64,000 bases of DNA from Octopus sinensis (GCF_006345805.1 NC_043004.1:27590001-27654000), one strand, 5' to 3'; positions 11,471 through 24,411 are shown, counted from the stretch's first letter. The notes: generated from the letters alone by a model not told the origin. Translations and numbers: made by a program.

Positions 11471-13204
11471 CCTATCTCAGCAACAATTATAACAATTATA
11501 ACAATTAATATATATATATATACATATATGTATGTTTATGAATGTATGTATTTATGTATGTAATATTCCATTTATTAATATTCATTGCTATTTCCCAAAG
11601 TTGGTTCAAGTTGACCAATTTTATTGATTACAAATTTTAAGTTGACTCAAATTGTTTTACCTGTGTTCTGAATTAATAAATAGTAGTATCTGCATATTTT
11701 GATCAAATTATGAATATTCGCAAACTAATTAAATATACTTAATTTCCAATTAATAAGTCAATAGTCTGAAATAGAATATTAGCTCTAGCTTTCTATATTT
11801 GTTGAAAGTAAATAGTTTTTTTTTCAGACAAGCTATTTATTGTTAATAATGTAAATGTAAATTGTTGTTCAAAGTTCATTAAGTGCCCAAAGAAATATTC
11901 TGTCATTTCCATATCATTATATATTCATATTGGTTGAAATACTGACTTTTACACTGGTACAAGGCTACTATACTGTAGGAAAAAAGGTATAGTTGACTGA
12001 ATAAACTCCAGTATATTACAGCTACTTACTATAGTTTATTGACTCAGCTTCTCTCCCCGCTAGATAGATGAAATGCAAAGCCAGTGCCTGCCTTCACTTG
12101 GTACAGAAATTGAACCAAAGACATTGAAATAAAAAAATTAAATTCTTTATAGCAGTTACCCACGTATCCTTGAAAATACTCACATTAAATAGGGGTACTC
12201 AACTGCCTGGCAAATATTTTATGATATTCTAGAGAGAAAAGAACAGGAGCGACATTAATGTCAGGCCCATGTAAATGGTGGGGCAAATAGTGGGATGAAC
12301 ACGTGATCCATAGTTTTAGGTAGTATAAAATAGCATGGTGACTCCTGACCTCAATATTTCTAATAGAGAAAAACCCACTGAAGGTACTCAAGAATTATGT
12401 AGTGGGGGTTAAACAAGGTAACAGATTTGATCTACCACTCATAGACACAAGGCATTGATGCTATGTAAACAGAAGGTTTCACTCAAACATTTACAAAAAT
12501 GAAAAAAAAAAAGATTGTTACCATCATCCCTTGCCCAAAGCTATTAGGCTTCATATTGGAAATGAACTTTTTATTTTAGTCTCTGAGTCAGGAGTAAGTA
12601 ATAGTGCCCGTGACTTTTTAGATCATCCAAAACCAATAAGAGTGGTGCTGTTAATGTTCAATTTAAAGTCAACACCTGCAGAAAAGTGAGGGGCAAGAAG
12701 GAAATTCCCGAGAGAGGACAGGGAACAGTGGTTAATGAGGGACCAAAGGGGCTGGATACTTGGATGCACCAAGAGTGATAAGAGGTTAAAAGACCAGTGG
12801 ATTAGAGGTCACTGAATTGAGGAGTTATGTGACTGCCCATTTCAAGGAAGAGCAATCATTATAGTAATGACAGGATAGATAAGGAGAGGAGACAATACTC
12901 CTCTGGGCTGGAGTGTATGCTAGTGGTTAAACACCAATACTAACATAGTATTTCAGTTTGAATATATTTCAATTCAATTATTGAGAGAAGAAAACATGAA
13001 ATTTTGTTTTCCAAATTATTTTAATGGATTCAACTATCTTAATATTGGTCATATCAGAGCATGTTATGATGAAAAATAAAAGAGAAAATTAAATACAAAT
13101 ATAGTATACATTATAAAATATGCTTGCATTGTAACGAAAGAATTACTTCTAAAACCTTGATTTCTATACGTACATGTGTATGTGTATAAATCAATTTTAT
13201 ATAC

Positions 13205-13458
13205 ATGCATATATCACCATGATCACCGTGACCTTCAAATGACGCCACCCCGCTGGCTAAGCGAGCAGGCCAACAGAAGAGTGAGAGAAAGTTGTGGCGA
13301 AAGGGTACAGCAGGGATCACCACCACCCCTTGCCAGAGCCACGTGGAGCTTTAGGTGTTTTCGCTCAATAAACACTCACAACACCCGGTCTGGGAATCGA
13401 AACCGTGATCCTACGACCGCTAGTCCACTGCCCTAACCACTGGGCCATTGCGCCTCCA
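13205..13458 (-). mobile_element. tRNA-derived SINE (same head as 2236-2625, different tail)
   Basis: Shared head TGGAGGCGCAATGGCCCAGTGGTTAGGGCAG and core; the sequences diverge after CTTTCTCTCACTCTT. Confidence 0.85.
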
Positions 13459-13489
13459 CATATGCATATATACGCACACATATATATCA

Positions 13490-13740
13490 TATGATCAACC
13501 AACCGACTGGATATTGTTATACGTCACTACTCACAATGCATTTTACATGATGTTAGCTTTTGAATGATGCTACCCTGCTGGCCAGGTGAACAGGCAAACA
13601 ATACCCTTGATTGGAAGACTAATCAGTCACAGGGTTACCCATTTACAGCTGAGTGGACTGAAGTAACATGAAATGAAGTGTCCAGGAACTGAACCCATGC
13701 TTTAGCAACTGTGAGTGCAATACCCTAACCACGAGACCAC
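13490..13740 (-). mobile_element. Diverged tRNA-derived SINE
   Basis: Head GTGGTTAGGGTATT..GGGTTCAGTTCC and central CAGTCCACTCAGCTGTAAATG shared with 18403-18765. Confidence 0.6.
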
Positions 13741-13757
13741 ATGCCTTTACACACACA

Positions 13758-13804
<47 letters not shown>

Positions 13805-13829
13805 ACACACACACACCTATGCTGAACTA

Positions 13830-14095
13830 CTGAAAAATTTGCAGTTATTCTCTCCAGATTACAAGTTCAGGTTTATACCTGTAATTAGTGGGGCACTAGG
13901 ATATGTAACACATTGCCTAAGTACCAATCTTGAGAAATTAGTCTTCTCAAAACCAGAAAGGGAAAAACTGAATGATGACATACATGTGTGTGTGCATGCG
14001 TGCTTTCACATGTGCATGTGCATCTACAGATCCAAGCCACCACAGGAACTATAAAAATCTGTGAAACTTTCCAGGAGTGTATCATTTAAGTATAA
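13830..14095 (+). mobile_element. 3' end of an RLE-type non-LTR retrotransposon
   Basis: YKFRFIPVISGALGYV resembles the PVVIGALG motif at the end of RLE domains. Confidence 0.55.
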
Positions 14096-14807
14096 ATCAA
14101 TTTGATATATATGCATCTGTATCTAGATATGCAAGTATATGCATGAGAAGACATACATAAAAACAAAACATACAAATCTGCACACATTCATACATTACAT
14201 ACATAAATAAACTGAATAATGACATACATTTGTGTGTGTGTGTGTGTGTGTGCATCTCTGTGTTATATTATCAATGTGCTTCTATATACATGGTCTAATA
14301 ATAGCAGTAAGATTTCCTTTGATTCACACCCATCTATCATATCAACAAACAGATATCTGGCTAGCTTACAGCTCATGACCTACATTCCTACTGGTAACAA
14401 GTCAACTGTGGAGGAAATATGGATCGAGCAAGACAATATATACTGCTGAGAGAATGGCTGCAGATCATGTGATCAGAGATCTTATACTTTAGCTTACAGC
14501 CATCATAGTTTTTGCATTGTATCTCACATATAATAAGATGCAATATGTTCCACACTCCGATTACATCAGTAGAAGGAAACTAAAACAACAAATGAAGAGG
14601 GAGTGAGTAACAGTCAGAAATGCTGAATTCAGGTGAACTGTAGCGAGAAGTTTTGTACTGAAGTTACTGGTATTTTCATCAAACTGAAATTGCAAATTTT
14701 CACTGTAAATTATATTCAATTTATTAATATCATACACATACACACACACATGCATACATACTTGCACACATGTGTGTATGCACACACACACACACACACA
14801 CAAATAT

Positions 14808-15005
14808 ATGTGGCACATAAAGAGCACCTACTACACTCACGGAGTGGTTGGCATTAGGAAGGGCATCCAGCTGTAGAAACACTGCCAGATCAGATGGGGC
14901 CTGGTGCACCCTCCTGGCTTCCCAGACCCCAGTCGAACCATCCATCCCATGCTAGCATGGAAAGCGGACGTTAAACGATGATGATGATGTTGATGATGAT
15001 GATGA
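14808..15005 (+). mobile_element. RTE 3' tail copy
   Basis: GGAGTGGTTGGCATTAGGAAGGGCATCCAGCTGTAG...GGACGTTAAACGATGATG. Confidence 0.88.
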
Positions 15006-15239
15006 TTGCTCCTGTCAGTTTCCACATATGAGTGTTTGAAGGAGAGGGTTTCAAGTCCAGGTATAGACTTTGTTATGAAGATGCAATGGAGTTGTTGATA
15101 ATTTTAATTTTGCCTGGGATTGGGCAAATATGTCTGTTGGTTACAGAATGCAATTCTTCTATTGTTCTTAGGTATTTGTTTTCTTTTTGCAAATTCTTGA
15201 TGTGAAAACATGTGTTGAATCATATCATTATACTTTGGG

Positions 15240-15455
15240 ATAAGGTGGCACGTTGCCAGAATCGTCAGCACACTGAGCGAAATGCTTGGTTACATTTCGT
15301 TCATTTTTATGTTCTGACTTCAAATTCTGCCGAGGCAGACTTTGCCTTTCATCCTTTTGGAGTTGATAAAATAAGTACCAACTGATTACTGGAACTGATA
15401 TAATTGACTTACTCACTCTCCCCCAAATTGCTGGGCTTGTGCCAAAAATTTGATA
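15240..15455 (+). mobile_element. tRNA-derived SINE, second family
   Basis: Homologous to 9250-9462. Confidence 0.75.
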
Positions 15456-15502
15456 CCATTATACTTCAGGATGGTCATTGGTGCGAGTAACAGTCAGAAA
15501 TG

Positions 15503-15649
15503 CTTGAATTTGTCCTTTAAATACTTTCCAGTATATTGGTGCATTCACCAAACCATGACATCTAAGTTGCATGTTGATTGGTTAAAATACAGTTTGTAAG
15601 ATAAAGCTTGCTAGAATTTACTGGAAAGTATTTAAAGGAGAAATTCAAG
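15503..15649. repeat. 30-bp inverted repeat (29/30 match) with an 87-nt spacer
   Basis: 15503-15532 versus 15620-15649. Confidence 0.8.
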
Positions 15650-15979
15650 TACTCTCCTATAGTTATATATGTCTGTCAAAGTTCTTCCATCAAGGACAGA
15701 ATGGAATAAGCAGGACAGGAGGCGACACATGGTACAGAGATTCACTGATGAAGTCACAGAATATGTGACAAAAGAGCTTTGACTGATGTATAAGCTAAAA
15801 ATGATACAAATAAAAAGTAAAGTGAAAATCAAATAAATAGTGTATATATTTAATTGACAAAAAAAATGACAATTGAAATGGAAAAATAGCTTTCTCAGTA
15901 AATTACTCAGTAAGTTGACCAAATCTGGGATGGGAGAAAATAGCAAACATTTAATCAAAGATTTATTTGAAATCAGAAA

Positions 15980-16600
15980 TTACAATACCTCTTTATATGC
16001 AACACTGCATATTTTTCCCAAAGGAGAATTTATGTAGATATCAATAGCTGTTCCTCCACCTGAGCATCATATGCACTGTCGAGAGAAGAAATCTTGTAAT
16101 TTCAGGCCAACAACTTTCAGTGTTTGTCTCTGAATTCTAGGGGAAATTTCATGTGCCTAAACTTAAATGATATTTTTACAATTCAGGATATCCTAGAAAT
16201 AAAAGTATCTTCTATCTTAACAGAACCAGTTTGAATTGATGCTTCAATGATGTGAAGCTGTAATGCCTTTATTTTTAAGCTAGCATCATTAGAGAACTTA
16301 GGCTGAATTGTAGAAGTACAAAGGAAGCTTCAGCTTATGCTTGTGATGCGGCAATCTGAGAGATTCGAAAGAATTTAGAAATCCTGTTGGATAGCAAACA
16401 ACTTTATTTTGATCAATAACTGAATCAACTGGGAGGAATGTTTTTATTACAATTTTATTGTTGAGAAAGCATAAAAGTGCTTATATTTAAAATGTTAACA
16501 TTATTGTTTAGCTTAATTATAAATAAATTGGCCATCTGAAACCCCTGCAACATAACCACTTGCTTACATATCTTTATAAAGAAGTTGTGAACTCTCTAAT
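15980..16600 (-). mobile_element. Degraded Helitron PIF1-like helicase C-terminus
   Basis: PVDSVIDQNKVVCYPTGFLNSFESLRLPHHKHKLK, HIIEASIQTG..FISRI, QRQTLKVVGL and SVAYKEVL* match the end of Helitron helicases. Confidence 0.85.
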
Positions 16601-17146
16601 ATAAGGGAATAAATTCTAATCCTTTCCTCTGTTATTTATTTACATTGTTATTAGCAATAATGATAATTTATCAATTTACTAATTAAATATTACACAAAGA
16701 ACAAAATAAATAACATCATTAATCTTTGGTAAAAGAACCTGATATTATGCAGTTATTTTCAAATTAATAAGTTCAAACATTTGATTTTCTACAGCAACAA
16801 ACAAACCTAATGCGTGCGTATGTGTGTGTGTGTCTGTGTGTGAGAGCGTGCATGTATGTACTCGTATGTACACACACACACACACACACATACACACACA
16901 CGCACAAAAGAAAATGAGATGACAAAGGAATAAACGATTATCTTATGAACTGCATTAGCTTACAGCTGTTTCTGCTGTAAGATGCAGTGGATTCATAGTT
17001 GAACGCTTGAATAATGCCTTATAGCTTCATTGGAGCAATTTATATAGCTTCATTGGAGCAATAAACTTGAAGTTTATAGCTTCATTGGAGCAATAAACTT
17101 GAAATGCAATTTATTTGGAAAAAGAATTACATTTATGCATATACAT

Positions 17147-17214
17147 GGCGGTGCCCCAGCATGGCCACAGCTCGTGAGCTGAAACTAGATAAAATAAAAT
17201 AAAATAAAAATAAA
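17147..17214 (+). mobile_element. Extremely truncated copy of the CR1-group LINE 3' end
   Basis: GGCGGTGCCCCAGCATGGCCACAGCTCGTGAGCTGAAACTAGAT(AAAAT)n matches 63179-63230. Confidence 0.75.
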
Positions 17215-17391
17215 TACATAGGGGAAAGCATTACTAAAGTAAAAGTCAATACAGATGTGTATTAAAAAAAAGTGTATCTCCAAAAGGTAATTTGATCTAA
17301 TAGTAGAATATATGCATATATACATGTACGCATGCACTCAAAACACACTCTGATACACAGACATAACACACACACACACACACACAGGCAT

Positions 17392-17727
17392 CATTATCAT
17401 TTAATGTCTGTTTTCCAATGCTGGCATGTGTTGGACAGCTTGACAGGAACTGGTAAAACCAGGGGGCGACACCAGATTCTGTATTTCATTTTAGCTTGGT
17501 TTCTATGATTGAATACCCTTTCTAATACCAAAGACAGATGTATGTGTATATATATATATAATATATATATATACGGAGTGGTTGGCATTAGGAAGGGCAT
17601 CCAGCCGTAGAAACACTGCCAGATCAGACTGGGCCTGATGCAGCCTTCTGGCTTCACAGACCCCAGTTGAACCGTCCAACCCATGCTAGCATGGAAGGCG
17701 GACGCTAAATGATGATGATGATGATGA
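17392..17727. mobile_element. Two RTE tail copies in inverted orientation (17392-17525 minus, 17573-17727 plus)
   Basis: (ATC)n at the left end, (GAT)n at the right end, homologous bodies. Confidence 0.75.
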
Positions 17728-17729
17728 TA

Positions 17730-18146
17730 TGGGTGCAGGAGTGGCTGTGTGGTAAGTAGCTTGCTTACCAATCACATGGTTATGGGTTCAGTCTCACTTC
17801 GTGGCACCTTGGGCAAGTGTCTTCCACTATAGCCTCGGGCCAACCAAAGCCTTGTGAGTGGATTTGGTAGATGGAAACTGAAAGAAGCTCGTTGCATATA
17901 TGTATATGTATATGTAAATATATGTGCATGTGTTTGTGTGTCTGTGTTTTCCCCCCATCCCCCAACATCGCCAGACAACTGATGCTGGTGTGTTTATGTC
18001 CCCGTAACTTAGCGGTTCAGCAAAAGAGACTGATAGAATAAGTACTCAGCTTACAAAGAATAAGTCCTGACGTCGATTTCCTCAGCTAAAAGGCATTACT
18101 CCAGCATGGCCGCAGTCAAATGACTGAAACAATTAAAAGAGAGTAA
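17730..18146 (+). mobile_element. Full-length SINE, third family, with internal TA/CA tract
   Basis: Head GGCTGTGTGGTAAGTAGCTTGCTT..GGGTTCAGTC; tail CCAGCATGGCCGCAGTCAAATGACTGAAAC. Confidence 0.85.
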
Positions 18147-18227
18147 AGTGTATATACATATACTTATATGTATATGTATATACATACATATACATATAAG
18201 TATATATGTGTGTGTGTGTGTGTATAA

Positions 18228-18266
<39 letters not shown>

Positions 18267-18296
18267 TATATACTTATATATATATATATATATATA

Positions 18297-18320
<24 letters not shown>

Positions 18321-18329
<9 letters not shown>

Positions 18330-19337
18330 TATATATACATACACACAGTTAATATATATATAAATATGTAAGTGTGCGTGTATGTATGTATATATGTATG
18401 TGAAGCTGCATGGCTCAGCAGTTAGAGCATTGGGCTCACAATCATGAGGTAGTGAGTTCAATTCTAGGACCGAACTGTGTATTGCGTTTTTGAGCAAGAC
18501 ACTTTATTTCATGCAATTCCAGTCCACTCAGCTGTAGAAATGAGTTGCAGCATCACTGGTGCCAAGTTGAATGAGCCTTTGCCTTTCCCTTTGGATAACA
18601 TTGGTGACATGGAGAGTGGAGGGGGCAGGGGGCTAGCATGCATGGGCGACTGCTGGTCTTCCGTAAACAACTTTGTGCAGACTTATGCCTCGGAGGTTAA
18701 CTTTCTAGATGCATTCCCATGGATATTCATGACCAAAGGGGTCTTTACCCTTTATATGTCTAAATAATGAAAACAATTAACTACACTGTAGGATTTTAAT
18801 CTGTGGATTGAGTGTTTTCATATGTGTGCCATTCTTATGTTTGTGTCATTTTTATATAGGTGCAGGTATGGCTATGTGGTAAGAATTTGCTTCTCAATCA
18901 CATGGTTCTGGTTCAGTTCCACTGTGTATAACACCTTGGATAGGTATCTTCTACTATAGCCTCATGTTGACTAAAGCCTTGTGAGTGGATTTGGTAAATG
19001 GAAACTGAAGGAAGCCAGTTACATAAATATTTATATGTGTGTGCATATGTTTTGGTGTCTGTGTTTGTCCCCCACTTGACAACCAGTGTTGGTGTATTTA
19101 TGTCCCCATAACTTAGCAGTTAGGGGAAAGAGGCCGATAGAATAAGTACCAAGATTTTTAAAAATTAAGTACTGAGGTCAATTCGTTCCACTAAAGTTCT
19201 TCAAAGTGTTGCCCCAGCATGACCATAGTCTAATGACTGAAACAAGAAAAAGATTAAAAAGATATATGTATATGCACACACACACACACACACACACATA
19301 CACATACACACATATATACATATAGTATATTTACATC

Positions 19338-19386
<49 letters not shown>

Positions 19387-20457
19387 TATATACTTATATA
19401 TATATATATGTATATACATATACATATAAGTATACAACACACACACATATATATACATACACACAGTTAATATATATATAAATATGTAAGTGTGCGTGTA
19501 TGTATGTATATATGTATGTGAAGCTGCATGGCTCAGCAGTTAGAGCATTGGGCTCACAATCATGAGGTAGTGAGTTCAATTCTAGGACCGAACTGTGTAT
19601 TGCGTTTTTGAGCAAGACACTTTATTTCATGCAATTCCAGTCCACTCAGCTGTAGAAATGAGTTGCAGCATCACTGGTGCCAAGTTGAATGAGCCTTTGC
19701 CTTTCCCTTTGGATAACATTGGTGACATGGAGAGTGGAGGGGGCAGGGGGCTAGCATGCATGGGCGACTGCTGGTCTTCCGTAAACAACTTTGTGCAGAC
19801 TTATGCCTCGGAGGTTAACTTTCTAGATGCATTCCCATGGATATTCATGACCAAAGGGGTCTTTACCCTTTATATGTCTAAATAATGAAAACAAATTAAC
19901 TACACTGTAGGATTTTAATCTGTGGATTGAGTGTTTTCATATGTGTGCCATTCTTATGTTTGTGTCATTTTTATATAGGTGCAGGTATGGCTATGTGGTA
20001 AGAAATTTGCTTCTCAATCACATGGTTCTGGGTTCAGTTCCACTGTGTATAACACCTTGGATAGGTATCTTCTACTATAGCCTCATGTTGACTAAAGCCT
20101 TGTGAGTGGATTTGGTAAATGGAAACTGAAGGAAGCCAGTTACATAAATATTTATATGTGTGTGCATATGTTTTGGTGTCTGTGTTTGTCCCCCACTTGA
20201 CAACCAGTGTTGGTGTATTTATGTCCCCATAACTTAGCAGTTAGGGGAAAGAGGCCGATAGAATAAGTACCAAGATTTTTAAAAATTAAGTACTGAGGTC
20301 AATTCGTTCCACTAAAGTTCTTCAAAGTGTTGCCCCAGCATGACCATAGTCTAATGACTGAAACAAGAAAAAGATTAAAAAGATATATGTATATGCACAC
20401 ACACACACACACACACATACACATACACACATATATACATATAGTATATTTACATCG

Positions 20458-20485
<28 letters not shown>
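18321..20485. repeat. Near-identical tandem duplication of about 1.12 kb, containing two SINEs per copy
   Basis: 18321-19360 versus 19439-20485, offset 1118-1121; identical ORFs at 18477 and 19595. Confidence 0.95.
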
Positions 20486-20488
<3 letters not shown>

Positions 20489-20496
20489 ATATCTAT

Positions 20497-20870
20497 CTGT
20501 GTGGTAAGAAGCTTGCTTCTCAACCACATGGTTCTGGGTTCAGTCCCACTGCATGGCACCTCGGGAAAATGCATTCTTCTATAGCCTCAGGCCAACTAAA
20601 GTCTTGTTAGTGAATTTAGTAGATGGAAACTGAAAGAAGCCTGTTGTGTGTGCGCGTGTGTGTGTGTGTATTTGTGTCTGTTTGTCCCCCCTTCATCATT
20701 TGACAACTGGTGTTAGTTTGTTTACATGTTGTAACTTAACAGTTCGGCAAAGTGACCAATAAATAAGAAATAAGTTGTGGGGTCAATTTGTTTGACTAAA
20801 ACCCTTCAAGGTGGTGCTCCAGCATGGCTGAAGTCAAATGACTGAAACAAGTAAAAGAATAAAAGAATAG
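20497..20870 (+). mobile_element. SINE, third family
   Basis: Homologous to 17730-18146. Confidence 0.85.
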
Positions 20871-20939
20871 ATATTAATCTTTGTAGTGGACTATATTGTA
20901 AGTCAATTTTAGCTAATCTTAATAATCACATCCTCATAA

Positions 20940-21592
20940 GAATTAGGTAATTAGGTGATTATCTAACACCATGTTAGTAAGAGTGGCTGAGCTCAGCAAG
21001 TGTCATATCCTGTTTTTGAGTGCTGCGAAAAGATGGAATTGATCTGGAGAAGACAAAGAGAGTGGGATTCTGTCAAGAGTTATATTCCCTGCCCCTCGAA
21101 ATCCCTTAGATTACAAAGGATCACCATACATCCAAATGACTACTTAAGGTGCAAAAGCAAAGTTTTCTGTTCATGCCCATATAAAAGGAAGCATATGATC
21201 AATCAGCCACAGACTCCAATGTGATTATAAACATTAGGGCTTCCTCCATCAGTCTTCCAGACAGTCCAACACGCTGCTCACCTCACACAGCCTCACACAT
21301 ATGCATATACATCAACAAATGTGTTCAAGTTTGGATACCTCTACACTCCCCATCTTTTGCACTCCTTCTGTGTACATACAAAGCCTTTGTACCAGTTAGG
21401 AGTTACCACTCACTCAGGAATTTTGGGGGAAAGTGATATAAGTCTTGATGGAATACCACCGATCATCTCTCATCCCATTTGTTTTCACAGTTACCCTCAA
21501 ACAGGTTATGACACTTACTGACCCCCAGTAGCAGCGAGCCACTACTATTCTTTCCATACTGGATTTTAGGTAACCACCTAATTATCCAATTC
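20940..21592. mobile_element. Old foldback element with long diverged inverted arms
   Basis: 20940-21160 aligns to the reverse complement of 21350-21592, e.g. TCAGCAAGTGTCATATCCTGTTT versus TCAGTAAGTGTCATAACCTGTTT. Confidence 0.7.
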
Positions 21593-21754
21593 CCATGAGA
21601 AACTGATATATATATATATATATATATACTATCATGCCTCATGAATTCTTTTTTACATGGTTTGGGTTGTAACTGGCCTTTTTAGCATGTAAGGAGTCCT
21701 GGCAAAGGTCTCCTCTTTGTGTATAAAAATATTTTATACACTCTTATATTTTAA

Positions 21755-21804
<50 letters not shown>

Positions 21805-21806
21805 TT

Positions 21807-21840
<34 letters not shown>

Positions 21841-21992
21841 AATGAAAGAATGGAGTCGAACGAAGATGTTAACAAAATTCCTTTACTCTCGAGGTCGCTT
21901 CAACCGTGTTTTCTGACGTGAATTTGCTACCCAGGTTTCGGTTAAACGAATTTTCTATGCTGACGATAAACATAGGATAATTCATTCACCTA

Positions 21993-22072
<80 letters not shown>

Positions 22073-22209
22073 AATTCATTATATACTCTTATATAAATGC
22101 ATAAAATATAGGAATAAATTTATCAACTACACATACTCAATGTATGTGCTTTGGTTGTTTGCTGGTAGGTGGCACACTCCGGAATGGGATATGGGGCAAG
22201 TTGTCTCAC

Positions 22210-22273
22210 CTGTCCATTGTGACTATCAGTTATTTTAACACCTGAAGCTTTGAAAGAAGTCATCCTCAATGCA
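22210..22273 (-). other. Candidate 64-nt internal exon of an unidentified host gene
   Basis: Unique sequence; acceptor gcaatttag, strong donor CAG|gtgaga; one open frame (ALRMTSFKASGVKITDSHNGQ); no recognised homology. Confidence 0.25.
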
Positions 22274-22378
22274 CTAAATTGCAACTTAGTGGTAAACAAA
22301 CATAGCCTGTACATTGAGTGTGTGTGGTCAATAACATTTACAACACTAGCATTTCTTCTAATTCATATTTGAATTGCA

Positions 22379-22433
<55 letters not shown>

Positions 22434-22839
22434 ATACACACAAATATACATGAACACACACTCACACACATATATATGGATGTACATTTATGCGAGTGTG
22501 ATGTGTATGTATAATTAGTTATATATAAATTTAGCTGTTAGTCTTCATTTTTAAAATAGAGAAGTGATCAGTCAACCTGGAACAATTCTTCATTCCTTCA
22601 TGTATAATAAAATATTTGGCAAAGCTGCGGAGGGTTAGATGTGAGGGTTTGTAACTGTTGAATCTATGACTCAGTCAGTGAGGCTAGGACAGGTTAGGCC
22701 AGGCAAATAGAGCGTTGGCTAGATCTATCCCCCTACCTTCTGTTGTATCGGAGATGGTGGCGTTGGGTGAGAAAAGAAATAGAAAAGACATATAAAACAT
22801 AAATTCCAACATGGTAAGGAAAGTCCTGATGGCCAGAAA

Positions 22840-23270
22840 TGGATGGTGGTAGAGGAGGTGGAGAGGTTATAGTGTTAGTGGTGGTGATGGTGGTTACGGT
22901 GTGAATGGTGGTGGCGATGGTGGTAGTTACAATGTTTGTGGTGGTGGTGGTGGTTATGGTGTTACTGGCAGTGGTAGTGACAGCAGCTGTGGGGTGGTGG
23001 AGGTGGCGATGGGGTGGGGGTGACAGTGTTAGTTACAATGGTGGCGGCAGTGTGTCGGAGGTGGTAGTTGCAGTGGTGGTGGTGGTGGTGGTGATAGTTG
23101 CAATAGTGGTGGTGGCTGTGGTGTTAGTAGTAATGACATTGACAATGGTTGTTGTAATAGTTGTAAGAGTAGTGGTGGTGGTGGTGGTGGTGGTGGTAGT
23201 AGTGTTAGTGTTGGTAATACCAGTGGTGGTTGGAGAGGTGGTGGAGTTAGGGGAGATTATGTGGTGAGGA
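22840..23270. repeat. (GGT/GTA)n low-complexity tract
   Basis: Directly visible. Confidence 0.9.
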
Positions 23271-23533
23271 CTGGGTGAATATTTCGCTGATGATTCATCT
23301 GTAGAAATGGCTGTGACAATGCCTGAAGCTATTGCCTGGCACAGGGAAACCTCTTGTTGCATAAATAACATGCATGCACATACATACACACACACATAAA
23401 CATTTATACACACACGCATATATATACACAGAGGTATGTATACATACATGCAAGCATACAAATATAGACGTACAAATACATACACTGATGTACTCACTCA
23501 CACATATACATATGCATACATTTTCAATGACAC

Positions 23534-23572
<39 letters not shown>

Positions 23573-23749
23573 CTTAGTTATACACATACATGAATGCATA
23601 TATCCATACAGACCTACATGTACTGATACATACACACTGACCTCAACACAATCACAAACTATTGTGCACACACACACAGTGTTTTTGTGCGTATATGTGT
23701 GTGTGTGCGTTTGCATCCCACACATTGACAAATACAGACATGGTAACAT

Positions 23750-23795
<46 letters not shown>

Positions 23796-23821
23796 ATATA
23801 TATACATATATATATGTATAC

Positions 23822-23853
<32 letters not shown>

Positions 23854-23873
23854 ATATATATATATATGTGTGT

Positions 23874-23875
<2 letters not shown>

Positions 23876-23950
<75 letters not shown>
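23876..23950. repeat. (GATA)n microsatellite
   Basis: Directly visible. Confidence 0.95.
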
Positions 23951-23951
<1 letters not shown>

Positions 23952-23952
23952 T

Positions 23953-24374
23953 CCTTTATTCTTTTACTTGTTTCAGTCATTTGACTGCGACCATGCTGGA
24001 GCACTGCCTTGAAGAGTTTTAGGCAAACAAATCAACCCCAGGGCTTTTTAAACTTAGCACTTATTCTATTGGTCTCTTTTGCCAAACTGCTAACTTATGG
24101 GGACATAAACATACCAATACCAGATGTCAAGCAGTGATGGGGGAACACACACAGACACAAAGACCCTCCCCACCGCTAAATCCACAAGTTTCTTTTGTTC
24201 TCTCACCATTTTTTTATTTATTTATTCTCTCTCTGTTTATTTCCTCGTGTTCCTTTCTGCTGAAGAGCATAGGCTTGAAACATAAAAGACTTTCTCACCT
24301 TCACGAACATCAAACTAATACACCTGCTTGTTGTTTATACACCTGTCTTCATCTTTTGTTTCTCTGTAAATTTC

Positions 24375-24411
<37 letters not shown>

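Noticed and set aside
12185-12900. Possible CR1-like RT/endonuclease traces
   Set aside because: The similarity is too degraded to call without an alignment.
18477-18767. Duplicated 96-aa ORF (also 19595-19885) as a paralogous gene pair
   Set aside because: It lies within a SINE body inside the tandem duplication and starts at a non-ATG codon.
21940-21990. CTGACGA box near a Penelope-like repeat
   Set aside because: There is no downstream GAAA with a pairing stem II.
22905-23267. Val-rich ORF / Thr-rich mucin-like antisense ORF
   Set aside because: It is explained by the (GGT/GTA)n low-complexity tract; no supporting splice or start context.
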